From Coleofasciculus chthonoplastes F2-STO-03 (GTDB lineage Bacteria; Cyanobacteriota; Cyanobacteriia; Cyanobacteriales; Coleofasciculaceae): a stretch of 63,127 nucleotides of DNA. The stretch is taken from positions 1-63,127 of the forward strand of contig JAVJWO010000162.1 in the NCBI GenBank assembly GCA_040222015.1, read 5' to 3'. Of the stretch, positions 47,151 through 57,492 are shown piece by piece; position 1 is the stretch's first letter, and each line of letters starts with the position of its first letter. Made by a program: the position numbers and the translations under genes. A model generated the notes under the pieces. The model ran no database searches. It saw only the letters and a program-made list of their open reading frames with translations, and had not been told where the DNA came from.

Positions 47151-49601
47151 TTAACTTCTCAGGCTAACACCAAATTTTTCCAACAAGGCGTCTCGAACCT
47201 TCTGGTGGGCTGATTCCACTTCTTTGTCCGTCAGCGTGCGATCGCCTGCTCGATAAATTAACCTGAAAGCCAGACTGCGCTGTCCTTGTGGCACTCGTTC
47301 CCCGCGATATTCATCGAATAATTGCACCGATTCCAATAAGGTTCCGGCAGCTTTTTGGGTGGTGCGTTCAATGTCGGCGACTGAGACAGTATCGGGTACA
47401 AAGAAGGCAATATCTCTGTCTGCGGCTGGAAACGTGGAGTAGACGGAAAATCTCGGCGTCAAGTTTTCATCTTGGACAAGAGCATTTAACATGACATCCA
47501 GGTCTAACTCAAATCCATAGACTTCATCAGGTAAACTCAATTGAGCTCTAAGTTGGGGATGGAGTTGCCCAAATCTGCCCAAGCGATCGCCTTGTATCCA
47601 TAAGGAAGCGGTGCGCCCTGGATGTAAGCGCGAATCCTGGCGATCGGGTTGATATTCCACGGTTAATCCTAAGCGTTCAAACACGCTTTCGATGATTCCC
47701 TTAGCTTCATACCAACTCATCGGCGCATCTTGTCCGCCTCTTGTCCATTTCCCCTGACTGGGATCACCGCCCAAAATTCCCGCCACGCGATCGCTTTCGG
47801 CAAATCCGTCTTCGTCGCGCCAGAAAATTCGCCCGATTTCAAACCCGTTTAATACCCCATTCCCTTGTTCTAGATTGTATTGGGTGACTTCTATCAATCC
47901 TGAGAGTAAGTCTGTTCGCAGGGCGGAATATTCCACAAACAGGGGATTCGACAGGCTAATTTGCTCTCCTTTTTCTTCGGGTTTCACCAAGGAATATTGC
48001 AGCAATTCCGTTAATCCAGCCGCACGGAATGCTTCCCGAATCTTGCGGATTAAAACCTGGTCAATCGATAGATAACCCGGTTCGGTTTTCGGGGGTAAAT
48101 CTTCACAAAACTTATCATAGCCGTAGAGACGGGCAATTTCTTCAATCAGATCAATTTCCCGTTCTAAGTCTCGGTAACGGTAGGGGGGAACCGTGACAAT
48201 CCATTTCACCGCCTCGTCGGATTCGACAGACTCCAGTTTACATCCCAACGCCGTGAGAATGCGTTCAACGTCATCGGGCTGAATGTCGCCAATCTCATCA
48301 CATAAATCCACCGGACCTAATACCTGATTCACCCGTTCTAGGCGTAATTCTATCGAGCGCACCCAACTCTCTGGATCAGGGCGGGTATCGGCTACTTCTT
48401 GGACAATCGGCTTACCCTGGGCGAGTTCCTGGATTAACGCGATCGCTCGTTTCGCCGCAATCCCTAATTCCGCTTGATTGACCCCCCGTTCATAACGGGT
48501 GGATGCCTCAGTACGTAAACCTTGAGAGCGGGCGGAACGACGGATGGCAACGGGTTCAAAGAGGGCGGCTTCTAGAACCAGATTCTCTGTTCCATCATGG
48601 ACTTCGGTTTCCTCACCACCCATCACTCCTCCCAGCGCCACGGGACGATCATTGGCGGTAATTAACAGAGTTTGGGAATGAAGGGTGCGGGATTGACCAT
48701 CTAGAGTGGTTAGGGATTCCTCTCCCTTAGCAAAGCGAACGCCGATGGTTAAGGATTTGTCACCTGTTACTTGTTGTAAGCGATCGCGGTCAAAGGCGTG
48801 GAGAGGCTGACCCCATTCCAACAGAATATAGTTGGTAATATCCACAACATTATTAATCGGTCGCACGCCTGCGGCTTGTAAACGCTGTTTTAACCAGATT
48901 GGCGATGGTTGAATTTTCACGCCTTCAATAACTGTACCGATATAAGCAGGACTTGCTTTCGGGTCAGCAATTTTCAACGTCAACCCGCCAGTACCTTGAG
49001 GAATCGTCAACTCCGGCGTTTTAGGCAAGTTCAAGGATGCGCCAGTCAAAGCAGCAACTTCACGAGCCACCCCAACCATACTCAACGCATCCGCCCGATT
49101 CGCCGTTGCGGTCAAATCCAGGATCACATCCGTAAGTCCGAGGAGGGGACGAGCATCACTCCCCACTTGTAGCGTCTGTGCCTCAAAGATGTGAATTCCT
49201 TCCGACTCTTTTTCCAAGCCAACTTCTGCCAAGGAACAAATCATGCCCTCGGAACGTACCCCCCGCAGTTTGGAGGAGCGAATTTTCAAATCAACCGTGG
49301 GCAGGTAAGTGCCTACCGTTGCTACAGGGACATAAGCCTCTGCCCGGACATTAGCCGCGCCACAGACAATGGTGACTGGCTCATTGGCGTCTCCAATATC
49401 AACTTGAGTGACTCTCAGCTTATCGGCATTGGGGTGAGGCTGAACATCCATAACCTTCCCCACAACTACGCCATCGGCTAACTCTCGCTGATCCTCAATA
49501 TCCTCAACCTCAAATCCAGCATTGGTGAGAATTTCCGCAATTTCTTGGGGAGCTAGGGTCACATCCACCACTTCCCGCAGCCAATTTAAAGAGATACGCA
49601 T
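47151..49601 (-). CDS. pheT: Phenylalanine--tRNA ligase beta subunit
   Basis: [50 protein letters not shown]-terminal FDX-ACB domain. Confidence 0.97.
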   Translation of the reverse strand: MRISLNWLREVVDVTLAPQEIAEILTNAGFEVEDIEDQRELADGVVVGKVMDVQPHPNADKLRVTQVDIGDANEPVTIVCGAANVRAEAYVPVATVGTYLPTVDLKIRSSKLRGVRSEGMICSLAEVGLEKESEGIHIFEAQTLQVGSDARPLLGLTDVILDLTATANRADALSMVGVAREVAALTGASLNLPKTPELTIPQGTGGLTLKIADPKASPAYIGTVIEGVKIQPSPIWLKQRLQAAGVRPINNVVDITNYILLEWGQPLHAFDRDRLQQVTGDKSLTIGVRFAKGEESLTTLDGQSRTLHSQTLLITANDRPVALGGVMGGEETEVHDGTENLVLEAALFEPVAIRRSARSQGLRTEASTRYERGVNQAELGIAAKRAIALIQELAQGKPIVQEVADTRPDPESWVRSIELRLERVNQVLGPVDLCDEIGDIQPDDVERILTALGCKLESVESDEAVKWIVTVPPYRYRDLEREIDLIEEIARLYGYDKFCEDLPPKTEPGYLSIDQVLIRKIREAFRAAGLTELLQYSLVKPEEKGEQISLSNPLFVEYSALRTDLLSGLIEVTQYNLEQGNGVLNGFEIGRIFWRDEDGFAESDRVAGILGGDPSQGKWTRGGQDAPMSWYEAKGIIESVFERLGLTVEYQPDRQDSRLHPGRTASLWIQGDRLGRFGQLHPQLRAQLSLPDEVYGFELDLDVMLNALVQDENLTPRFSVYSTFPAADRDIAFFVPDTVSVADIERTTQKAAGTLLESVQLFDEYRGERVPQGQRSLAFRLIYRAGDRTLTDKEVESAHQKVRDALLEKFGVSLRS

Positions 49602-49667
49602 TAATTTCTTGCTTTTACCGACCTCAGCTTAGATGCCGTTCCGTTACTTTTGATCTCACTATACCCG

Positions 49668-49880
49668 ATTTGTCATTTGTCATTTGTCATTCGTCATTCG
49701 TCATTTGTTGATTGTTCATGGTTCATGGTTCATGGTTCATGGTTCATGGTTCATTGTTGATTGGGAATCTTCTCCCTCATCTCCCTCATCTCCCCCAGCT
49801 CCCCCAGCTCCCTCATCTCCCCCAGCTCCCCCAGCTCCCCCAGCTTCCCCAGCTCCCCCAGCTCCCCCTGCTCCCCCTGC
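49668..49880. repeat. Compound STRR block: (TTGTCAT)n, (TTCATGG)n and 9-mer (CTCCCCCAG)-type repeats
   Basis: Direct periodicity in the pheT-kinase intergenic region. Confidence 0.88.
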
Positions 49881-50175
49881 TTGCCAAACTTTACCAGTTC
49901 TTCACAAACAGAGGACAATCTTTATCAAGACTTTATCCAAAAAATACTCAAATCAATGCGTTATTTGGGCATCTGTGCCTAAACGACAGGGTAAATTAAG
50001 ATATCCTGTAGGTAGATAAGATTGCTAACCAAGGCTTACCAAAGCGAGGGTGCATTCGGCGGTGCGTTTCCCACTAAAGTCAACTATAGATCTTAATAGA
50101 TTAAGCCGGGTGCTTCGATCACAATTGAGAAAGCTTTCGTCCTAGCCCGGACAAACGCCCCATTGGTGATGCTGA

Positions 50176-51816
50176 ATGAGCTACTGCCTAAATCCTGACT
50201 GTCCTCAGCCCAAAAATCCGCTGCACGTCACTAGCTGTCAGGCGTGTGGTCATCCTATTATGTTGCGAAATCGCTATCGTGTGCTAAGAACCATAGGTCA
50301 AGGCGGATTTGGCGCTACGTTTTTAGCCAGAGATGAGTCTCTTCCTGGCAATCCCAGTTGCGTCATTAAACAACTTCGTCCCGCAACAAACACATCACAG
50401 GTTCTGGAAATGGCTCAAAAGCTATTTGAGCGAGAAGCCAGAACCCTCGGCAAGATTGGCAATCATCCTCAAGTTCCCCGACTGTTGGATTTTTTTCAAG
50501 ACAATCAGCAGTTTTATTTGGTACAGGAGTATATTAGTGGACTCACGTTACAGCAAGAAATTAAACAATGTGGTCCCCTCTCAGAAGCCGGGGTCAAGCA
50601 ATTTCTGAGTGAAGTTCTCCCCCTGATTAAATATATCCATAGCCAAGAGGTGATCCACCGGGATATCAAACCGGCTAATTTAATTCGACGAGAGCAAGAC
50701 CGAAAACTGGTCTTGATTGACTTTGGTGCGGTTAAAGATGAAGTCAACCAAGCCGCCGTTGCCAATACCTCGGATCAAACCGCCTTGACAAATTTTGCTA
50801 TTGGGACTCCCGGTTTTGCTCCGCCGGAACAAATGGCATTGCGACCAGTTTATGCAAGTGACATTTATGCTCTCGGCGTAACTAGCGTATATTTACTCAC
50901 CGGAAAATCGCCAAAAGATTTAGATTACAATCCCTCAACTGGTGAAATGGTCTGGCGTAAATCTGTGCAAGTCAGCGATCATTTTGCGACTGTGTTGAAA
51001 AAAATGCTGGAGGCTTCTGTTCGTCATCGCTATCAAACGGCAGAAGAGATTCTCAGAGCGCTGGACTTAGAACCTTATTTTGATAGTTTGGTTCAAGGAA
51101 TGGCAATGCCGACCTCTGGGCTATCGAATACAAATACAAATGACAATTCCACCGAAGTTCAAGAGGTAGACTCGACCAGTTCTCCTTCCTCTCCTTCATC
51201 GGCGACCCAGAAGTTAGCGGCGGCGATTCGTAAGCGTCGTGAACGACGGGAACGTAGTCGTCCAGGTTCTCCCAACACCATGGGTAATGGTAATCCCCGC
51301 AGTCAATTTATATCGAGGTCAGTGACAGAAATTCATACAGGGAATATACCATCCAGCCAAAGTTTTGCCGCCAGTAGACCCAAAAAGCTTGATGCTAATG
51401 GTGTGTTAACGGCATATATGAAAGGTCGGAGAGATTTTGCTTCCCATGATTTAAGTGGGTTAGATTTACAAAAATCGGATTTATCTGGCGGAATTTTTTA
51501 CCAGTCCAAGTTAACTCGCATTAATTTACAAGGTGCTGATTTATCCAGTGCTGATTTTGGTCAGGCAAGCTTAACTCGGGCAAATTTGCGAGATGCCAAT
51601 TTAGGACGGGCTTATTTGAGCAATTCGGATTTAGAGGGGGCAGATTTACGCGGGGCAGATTTAAGTTTTGCTTATCTGAATCATGCCAATCTGAAGGGGG
51701 CAAATCTCTGTGGCGCGAATCTTGCCAATGCCAAAATTACGGAGGAACAGTTAGCTTTAGCTAAAACTAATTGGGCAACAATTATGCCGAATGGCAAGCG
51801 AGGTCTTTGGTCATAG
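50176..51816 (+). CDS. Ser/Thr kinase with C-terminal pentapeptide repeats (SpkB-like)
   Basis: MSYCLNP.C zinc ribbon, GQGGFG, HRDIKPAN, DFG, A(D/N)Lxx repeats. Confidence 0.9.
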   Translation: MSYCLNPDCPQPKNPLHVTSCQACGHPIMLRNRYRVLRTIGQGGFGATFLARDESLPGNPSCVIKQLRPATNTSQVLEMAQKLFEREARTLGKIGNHPQVPRLLDFFQDNQQFYLVQEYISGLTLQQEIKQCGPLSEAGVKQFLSEVLPLIKYIHSQEVIHRDIKPANLIRREQDRKLVLIDFGAVKDEVNQAAVANTSDQTALTNFAIGTPGFAPPEQMALRPVYASDIYALGVTSVYLLTGKSPKDLDYNPSTGEMVWRKSVQVSDHFATVLKKMLEASVRHRYQTAEEILRALDLEPYFDSLVQGMAMPTSGLSNTNTNDNSTEVQEVDSTSSPSSPSSATQKLAAAIRKRRERRERSRPGSPNTMGNGNPRSQFISRSVTEIHTGNIPSSQSFAASRPKKLDANGVLTAYMKGRRDFASHDLSGLDLQKSDLSGGIFYQSKLTRINLQGADLSSADFGQASLTRANLRDANLGRAYLSNSDLEGADLRGADLSFAYLNHANLKGANLCGANLANAKITEEQLALAKTNWATIMPNGKRGLWS

Positions 51817-51883
51817 TCATTTGTCATTTGTCATTTGTCATTCGTCATTTGTCATTTGTCATTCGTCATTTGTCATTTGTCAT
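51817..51883. repeat. STRR (TCATTTG/TCATTCG)n
   Basis: 7-bp periodicity directly after the kinase stop. Confidence 0.9.
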
Positions 51884-52370
51884 TAAGCTAATATCAGTAC
51901 CCCTACAATTGATAGTGGTTGGCTTCATGGAACTCAATGGAACTTGATGATCTTGTGCGACTCAATCGCGTCATTCGCGTCATTGGCATGGAGGCTTTAT
52001 CAGCTTTATCAGGAGTATATTAAAACATTTGTACTGTAACTACGCCAGAGCGTACTGCTATAACTTCCCCATCTCCCTTATCTTCCCCAGCGTCCCCCGC
52101 TCCTCCGCATCCCCCATCCCCATACCCACAAGCCTTCTCTGGAAAAAAAAATAGTGACAATCGCCTGGGGATCTGATAACAAATACTGGTGGCGGTTACA
52201 GGTACAATTGGGCGATGTGAGACCTCCTTGGGGATAACGCTCACAACTCCCCTAATTACAACCTTCTCCCCCTGTCTCTGATATCCCCGACCTATCCAGA
52301 CCTATAGTCCGATTAGGATGGGGAGTTAGGACTGTTCATCTCAAGTGTTGCTGGCTTAATAGGTAGTATC

Positions 52371-52769
52371 TTGGTGGATAATCGTTATTTTGTTTATGAA
52401 GTCGTTGGTTTGCGTCAGAGTGCAGCTACCGACACCCTCAACTACCCCATTCGTCGGAGTAGTTCTGTCTTGATCAGAGTTCCCTACAGCCGCATGAACC
52501 AAACGATGCGGCGAATTTCCCAATTAGGTGGCAAGATTGTCAGCATACGAAGCCTAACTCTTAACACAGAGGCTCAGAGTTCCTGCGCTTGGTGGGTAGA
52601 AATTGTCACCGCAGAACCTACGGTCACTTACTACTTTGGACCTTATGATACTCCAGAAGAAGCCGCGTCTTATGAAGCGGGTTACATTGAGGATTTAGAA
52701 CAAGAGGGCGCTCAAGGGATCGCCGTGACGGTTAAATGGTGCAAGCCCGAAAACTTAACAATTTTTTAA
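52371..52769 (+). CDS. CpcD-like (phycobilisome linker/FNR N-terminal) domain fused to DUF1816
   Basis: RYFVYEVVGLRQ...IRRS....VPYSRMNQ.MRRI..LGGKIVSI followed by WWVEIVT..P..TYYFGP. Confidence 0.78.
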   Translation: MVDNRYFVYEVVGLRQSAATDTLNYPIRRSSSVLIRVPYSRMNQTMRRISQLGGKIVSIRSLTLNTEAQSSCAWWVEIVTAEPTVTYYFGPYDTPEEAASYEAGYIEDLEQEGAQGIAVTVKWCKPENLTIF

Positions 52770-52779
52770 GCTCCCTGGG

Positions 52780-53508
52780 TCAGATCGTGTCAATTTTGAC
52801 TAGAATCACGGTGATATTGTCCCGTCCGCCTTTTTCTTTGGCAGCGGCAATTAGGTTAGCGGCGATCTCTTCGCCATCCCCATTGGACTGGAGATGGGAC
52901 GCGATCGCGGTGTCCGAGAGTTCCTCAGTCAGTCCGTCGGTACAAAGGAGCAGGAAATCTCCTGACTGAATCTCCATGGACTCGACATCAACTGACTTTA
53001 AGTCCTTGCGACCTAGACATTGGGACAACACATGACGCCAGGGATGGGTTCGTGCCTGTTCTGGAGTCAGATCCCCAGCTTTCATGGCGCGTGCGACCCA
53101 GGTATGGTCATCCGTCATTTGTTCTAGTTTTAATTGTCGCCATCGATAGAGGCGAGAATCACCCACATGAGCCAGCCAAGGCTGACCTTTACGGAAGATG
53201 ACCACGACAGCCGTCGTGCCCATGTCTGCCCGTTCGGGATGCTTTTTTTGATCCTCTAAGATCGCCTGATTAGCATCGTAGAGGGCTTGTTCCAGTAACT
53301 TTTCCGAAGGGACTGACTCTAGCCATTGCCGCTCTAAACGTGCCTGAATGACCTCTGTAGCCAGTTGGCTGGCTTCCTGTCCCCCAGCATGACCGCCCAT
53401 GCCGTCGGCGACAATGAAAAAGCGTCCCTTCGGATCGATGTAGTAATAGTCCTGGTTTACGGTACGAATTAAGCCCGGATCAGTGAGACCCGTAAAGCGA
53501 CATTTCAT
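52780..53508 (-). CDS. PP2C-family Ser/Thr phosphatase (PphA/Stp1-like)
   Basis: R..NQD, VADGMGGH, MGTT, HVGDSR, CTDGL, GGRDNIT. Confidence 0.9.
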   Translation of the reverse strand: MKCRFTGLTDPGLIRTVNQDYYYIDPKGRFFIVADGMGGHAGGQEASQLATEVIQARLERQWLESVPSEKLLEQALYDANQAILEDQKKHPERADMGTTAVVVIFRKGQPWLAHVGDSRLYRWRQLKLEQMTDDHTWVARAMKAGDLTPEQARTHPWRHVLSQCLGRKDLKSVDVESMEIQSGDFLLLCTDGLTEELSDTAIASHLQSNGDGEEIAANLIAAAKEKGGRDNITVILVKIDTI

Positions 53509-53542
53509 AAAGTTTGTGCTAGCGTCAATAACCTTATGGGAG

Positions 53543-55300
53543 TTATAACATGCGATCGTATCGGTCGAGCCTTCGGAGTAAACGAATTAGGGCAAAAGCG
53601 ATCGCGGCGGCGACTAACGCCACAACTAATGCCAGCCCGACTTGACCATTAACAAATAAGATCGTAGCTGACAATGTGAATGCACTGAGTAGTAACGCAT
53701 AATTTGTTCCTATCTGAATGCTACTCATGCGGCGCAAGATCCGATCCGACTCGATAGAACGAACCCGTAGACGTATATCTCCCCGTTCTAATTTTTCAAT
53801 CGTATCCTCAATCCGCCGAGGTAATCCCAACGCCGTACTACTCACTTGAGCCGCTTGGCGTCCCAATTCATTCAAGAATGTATTACCCTCAGGGCTATTA
53901 CCGTTAGTCATGATTTGCAGAGCAAAAGGTTTTGCCACTTCCATAAAGTTAAATTCTGGGTCTAAGCCCTTGCCCACTCCTTCCAAGGTGGAAAACGCTC
54001 GCATCACAAATGTGAAGGTTGCCGGAAAGCGAAATGGCTGACCATAGGCAATTTCATACAGATCATCGCTAATTTCACTCACCGACTGTTGTTCAAAGGG
54101 CTTATCCATAAAGTGATCCAGCATATACTGGATCGAACGCCGCACCGGACCCATATCATCAACGGGAGACAGGGCACCTAATTCTACCAGAGACCCGACC
54201 ACTCGGTTGGCATCCTTTTGGGCAATGCCAAAGAGCGTCTCCATCAACTGTTCCCGGACATTCGCCTTAATCCGCCCCATCATACCGAAATCATAAAAAA
54301 TCAGTGACCCTTCCGGACTAACTGCTAGATTGCCGGGATGGGGATCGGCATGAAAGAAACCGTCATTGAGCAACTGCTGTAGGTAGGCTCTTGCCCCTAG
54401 TTGAGCCAGCAGTTTCCGATCCAATCCAGCGGCTTCTAGTGCCTCGTAGTGACTAATCTTAATTCCTGGAGCATACTCTAGGGTTAAGACTCTATTTGAG
54501 GTATAGCGCCAATAGACACGCGGAACTTTTACCCAATTATAGGTGCGGAAATTGCGGCGGAAGGTATCGGCATTGCGACCTTCATTAAGATAATCAATCT
54601 CTTCCCAGAGAATACGACAGCATTCTTCATAAATGCCCATCCAGTCTCGACCTCGACCCCAATCGGGGTGATTTTGGAAGTAACGGGCAATCCCCTTGAG
54701 AATTTGTAGGTCTATCGTAAATAGTTTCCGCAAGCCCGGTCGTTGTACCTTAACCACAGCCTCTTCTCCACTGTGGAGTTGAGCTTTGTGGACTTGTCCT
54801 AAACTAGCTGCTGCCAGAGGAATCGGATCAAAATTGCAAAAGAGTTCGCTAACTGATTTGCCTAAATCCTGCTGGACAATTGCCTCGACTTGATCGTAAT
54901 TAAAAGCCGGGACGCGATCCTGTAGTTTAGACAGTTCCTCTACATATTCACCAGGGAATAAGTCAGACCGAGTTGAAAATAGCTGTCCCACCTTGATGAA
55001 GGTTGGACCTAACTCTAAAAACGTATCTCGAATCCAGATTGCCTGTGTCTTACGACGAGCCGCCTGTTTTGCATCGGTCATGCCCCCTGGATAGCTCCAA
55101 GGTTTGCCGTTGAGCCACAACTGGAAGAGGAGGGTTAAAACAAATGTCCAAATATCGACAAATCGTCGATGTCGGGAATAGTTTTCCCGATTCCAACGAT
55201 ATGCCTTGTCTTGGTTTATCCCTCTTAGGGAACGTGGGCTAGACACCTGGCGTTCCTTATATTGCTTGAGGTTGACATAGTTATCAGAAACAGCAGACAC
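53543..55300 (-). CDS. ABC1/UbiB (AarF) family atypical kinase
   Basis: LGPTFIKVGQ, AAASLGQVH, KVQRP, FHADPHPGN, DFGM. Confidence 0.92.
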   Translation of the reverse strand: MSAVSDNYVNLKQYKERQVSSPRSLRGINQDKAYRWNRENYSRHRRFVDIWTFVLTLLFQLWLNGKPWSYPGGMTDAKQAARRKTQAIWIRDTFLELGPTFIKVGQLFSTRSDLFPGEYVEELSKLQDRVPAFNYDQVEAIVQQDLGKSVSELFCNFDPIPLAAASLGQVHKAQLHSGEEAVVKVQRPGLRKLFTIDLQILKGIARYFQNHPDWGRGRDWMGIYEECCRILWEEIDYLNEGRNADTFRRNFRTYNWVKVPRVYWRYTSNRVLTLEYAPGIKISHYEALEAAGLDRKLLAQLGARAYLQQLLNDGFFHADPHPGNLAVSPEGSLIFYDFGMMGRIKANVREQLMETLFGIAQKDANRVVGSLVELGALSPVDDMGPVRRSIQYMLDHFMDKPFEQQSVSEISDDLYEIAYGQPFRFPATFTFVMRAFSTLEGVGKGLDPEFNFMEVAKPFALQIMTNGNSPEGNTFLNELGRQAAQVSSTALGLPRRIEDTIEKLERGDIRLRVRSIESDRILRRMSSIQIGTNYALLLSAFTLSATILFVNGQVGLALVVALVAAAIAFALIRLLRRLDRYDRML

Positions 55301-55605
55301 CTAGATTCCTGAATGATGGTCTCCTCTTAATCTTAATAAAAATTCAAAATCTTTGAAAGCTAAGAACACCCTAAGCGAGTATCTGTAATACCAAATCTGG
55401 GTTGACTACCCCCTTTTGGGTAGAGACAAGGCAGATGGCTCTAAGGCAGATGGGAGAAGGCTTCAAGGAAAAATTACTCTAGGGATTGATGTGTTGATCA
55501 ACTCCATCAAAAATCAGGGTAAGGCTGATAAATCCTGACCGCCGCTAATTACCCCTTGACCCTATCGGGTACAAGCGTAGGATGCGCGGCGAAATTTTGC
55601 TCAAA

Positions 55606-55935
55606 TCAACTCACTGATTGATTGCGATAGAGCTGTAGTTCAGTCCGCAAGCGAGCAATTTCAGCTCGTAACTCGTCAATAGTAGCTTGTAGATCAACGG
55701 ATTGAGAACCAGTCGAAACAGTAGTATTAGAAGAGCGATCGCCCATAGCGATTTCCATTTCCTGTTGCGCCCTTTCCATGACTTGCTCAGTAAACTCTTG
55801 CAAATGCTCTCGCTGTTCAGCATCAAATTTGCCAAGTTCGCTAAGAGCATTCGTTAAGGAGTCTTCTACGCGATCGCCCAGAGTTTGAGCTAGCGATCGT
55901 CCGACAAAAAAGGCATGAATGACTGGATTGCTCAT
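55606..55935 (-). CDS. Conserved cyanobacterial coiled-coil protein upstream of the ABC1 kinase
   Basis: AFFVGR...LSELGKFDAEQRE...DLQATIDELRAEIA pattern. Confidence 0.7.
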   Translation of the reverse strand: MSNPVIHAFFVGRSLAQTLGDRVEDSLTNALSELGKFDAEQREHLQEFTEQVMERAQQEMEIAMGDRSSNTTVSTGSQSVDLQATIDELRAEIARLRTELQLYRNQSVS

Positions 55936-56131
55936 TGGGAAAATATTGTGGGTATCTGTAACGAATTATAACGTGCTTAAAAGATTGGCGGATGGCGGAG
56001 AGCTCTTGAAGCTGGGGGAGACAAGGGAGAGGGAGCAGATGGGGCGGGTTTAGTCGCATCCGGATGAGGTGAAAAACGAGAATATTGAAACCCGCCTCTA
56101 CAAACCAGGTTCCCAACTAGCGCAGCAAAGG

Positions 56132-57289
56132 TTAAAACATTCCCTGTTCCCTGTTCTCTGTAACCTTTTCTCTGACAAATTTTGGAGATTCGGAAACGGG
56201 CCAATCGCTACGGGGAGGAAAGGTTTGTTGGGTATGCAAAATCGTTGCTCCAGGTTCACTTGGTTGATTGAGTCGTACAGCACAACCGAATCCAATACCG
56301 GCTGACGCCGCGATCGCTCCTGTCATGAACAAGGCTCGTAAGGGTATTGAGGCTTTGGTTTTGGGAGTGTTGATTGTTGATTGTTGATTGTTGATTGTTG
56401 AGTTGGGCTGGTTTTCCACTGGCTGAGTGATTATCGGTTCAGGAACAGCAACAGACTCCTGAAGGGGAAGCTGCTTTAGCCAAGTGTCTATCGTTTGGGG
56501 ACGGTTGTTGGGGATGAGTTCTAAACCGTACTGTAATGCTTGTTGAATGGTGGGACTCAATTTAGACGGGGCTGGCTGAGAGGGTGAGGAAAATAGACAA
56601 TCGTTTCCCCTGGCTGATAATCTCTGTCGCACAGGTGCGGGTAAGGGAGGATATCCGGTGAGTAAGCAGTAGAATGTGGCGGTTAAGGCATAGATGTCAG
56701 TTTGCCGCGTTGTTGTGTTTGTCAAGGTGTTGTGTTCTGGAGGAGAATAGCCAGCCGATAGGAGACTAGCGTAGGTTTGTTGGACGCCTGGGGTGAATTC
56801 ATAGAGCATCCCCACCTCACATAACACAACGCGATCGCTATCCTGACGCCGAATAATGTTTTTGGGTTGGATATCTCGGTGGAGTAATTCTACTTGGTGT
56901 AAAACCTTTACCGCATCGCTGATTTGACGGATATAGTTAATCGCCTCAGCCTCTGACAAGGAAACCCCTTGCAGAACGTCTGCCAATGTCTGTCCGGGGA
57001 TATATTCCATAACCAGGTAAGGATATCCCGTGTCCTCAAAATAGTCGATAACGCGAACCAGATGAGGATGTTGGCAGTAATTCAAGCGTTTGGCGATGTC
57101 TAAAAATTGCTGCTTGAATTGATTAACGTTTGCATGCTGGCGCAGCCCTTCACCTAGGGTTTTGATCACAACCGATTGACCTAACTCTGTATCGGTTGCT
57201 TTGTAGGTGAGACTGAAAACACCCGCACCCAGTTGGGTACTGAGAACGTATTTCCCTTGGTTTAAAGTCCGTTCTGCCTTCAAGTTCAT
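56132..57289 (-). CDS. Hanks-type kinase-like protein with degenerate catalytic motifs
   Basis: LGAGVFSLTY, VIK, HRDIQPKN, CEVG in place of DFG, C-terminal TM segment. Confidence 0.8.
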   Translation of the reverse strand: MNLKAERTLNQGKYVLSTQLGAGVFSLTYKATDTELGQSVVIKTLGEGLRQHANVNQFKQQFLDIAKRLNYCQHPHLVRVIDYFEDTGYPYLVMEYIPGQTLADVLQGVSLSEAEAINYIRQISDAVKVLHQVELLHRDIQPKNIIRRQDSDRVVLCEVGMLYEFTPGVQQTYASLLSAGYSPPEHNTLTNTTTRQTDIYALTATFYCLLTGYPPLPAPVRQRLSARGNDCLFSSPSQPAPSKLSPTIQQALQYGLELIPNNRPQTIDTWLKQLPLQESVAVPEPIITQPVENQPNSTINNQQSTINTPKTKASIPLRALFMTGAIAASAGIGFGCAVRLNQPSEPGATILHTQQTFPPRSDWPVSESPKFVREKVTENREQGMF

Positions 57290-57364
57290 AAAAATTTACT
57301 CCCCACAAGCACAAATAATGCTATAGCCTAGATGGAGTATATCCAAATTTTGGTCAGGTTTTTG

Positions 57365-57492
57365 GTGTAGCGACGGTTGCTGTTAAAAACGCTTCGGGAC
57401 AACTCGCCCTCTTTTGTATTGATGAGAGTCAATACTTTAAGGTGACTGGATGAACGAAGAATCACCCGTGCTTCGACGCGGGTGATTGTCAA
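57365..57492 (+). mobile_element. Orphan IS605/tnpB right end (reRNA-like relic)
   Basis: GAAGAATCACCCG-TGCTTCGACG-CGGGTGATTG-TCAA at 57456-57492; left boundary approximate. Confidence 0.62.

Noticed and set aside
49684..50019. Three overlapping low-complexity ORFs
   Set aside because: They are translations of STRR repeats
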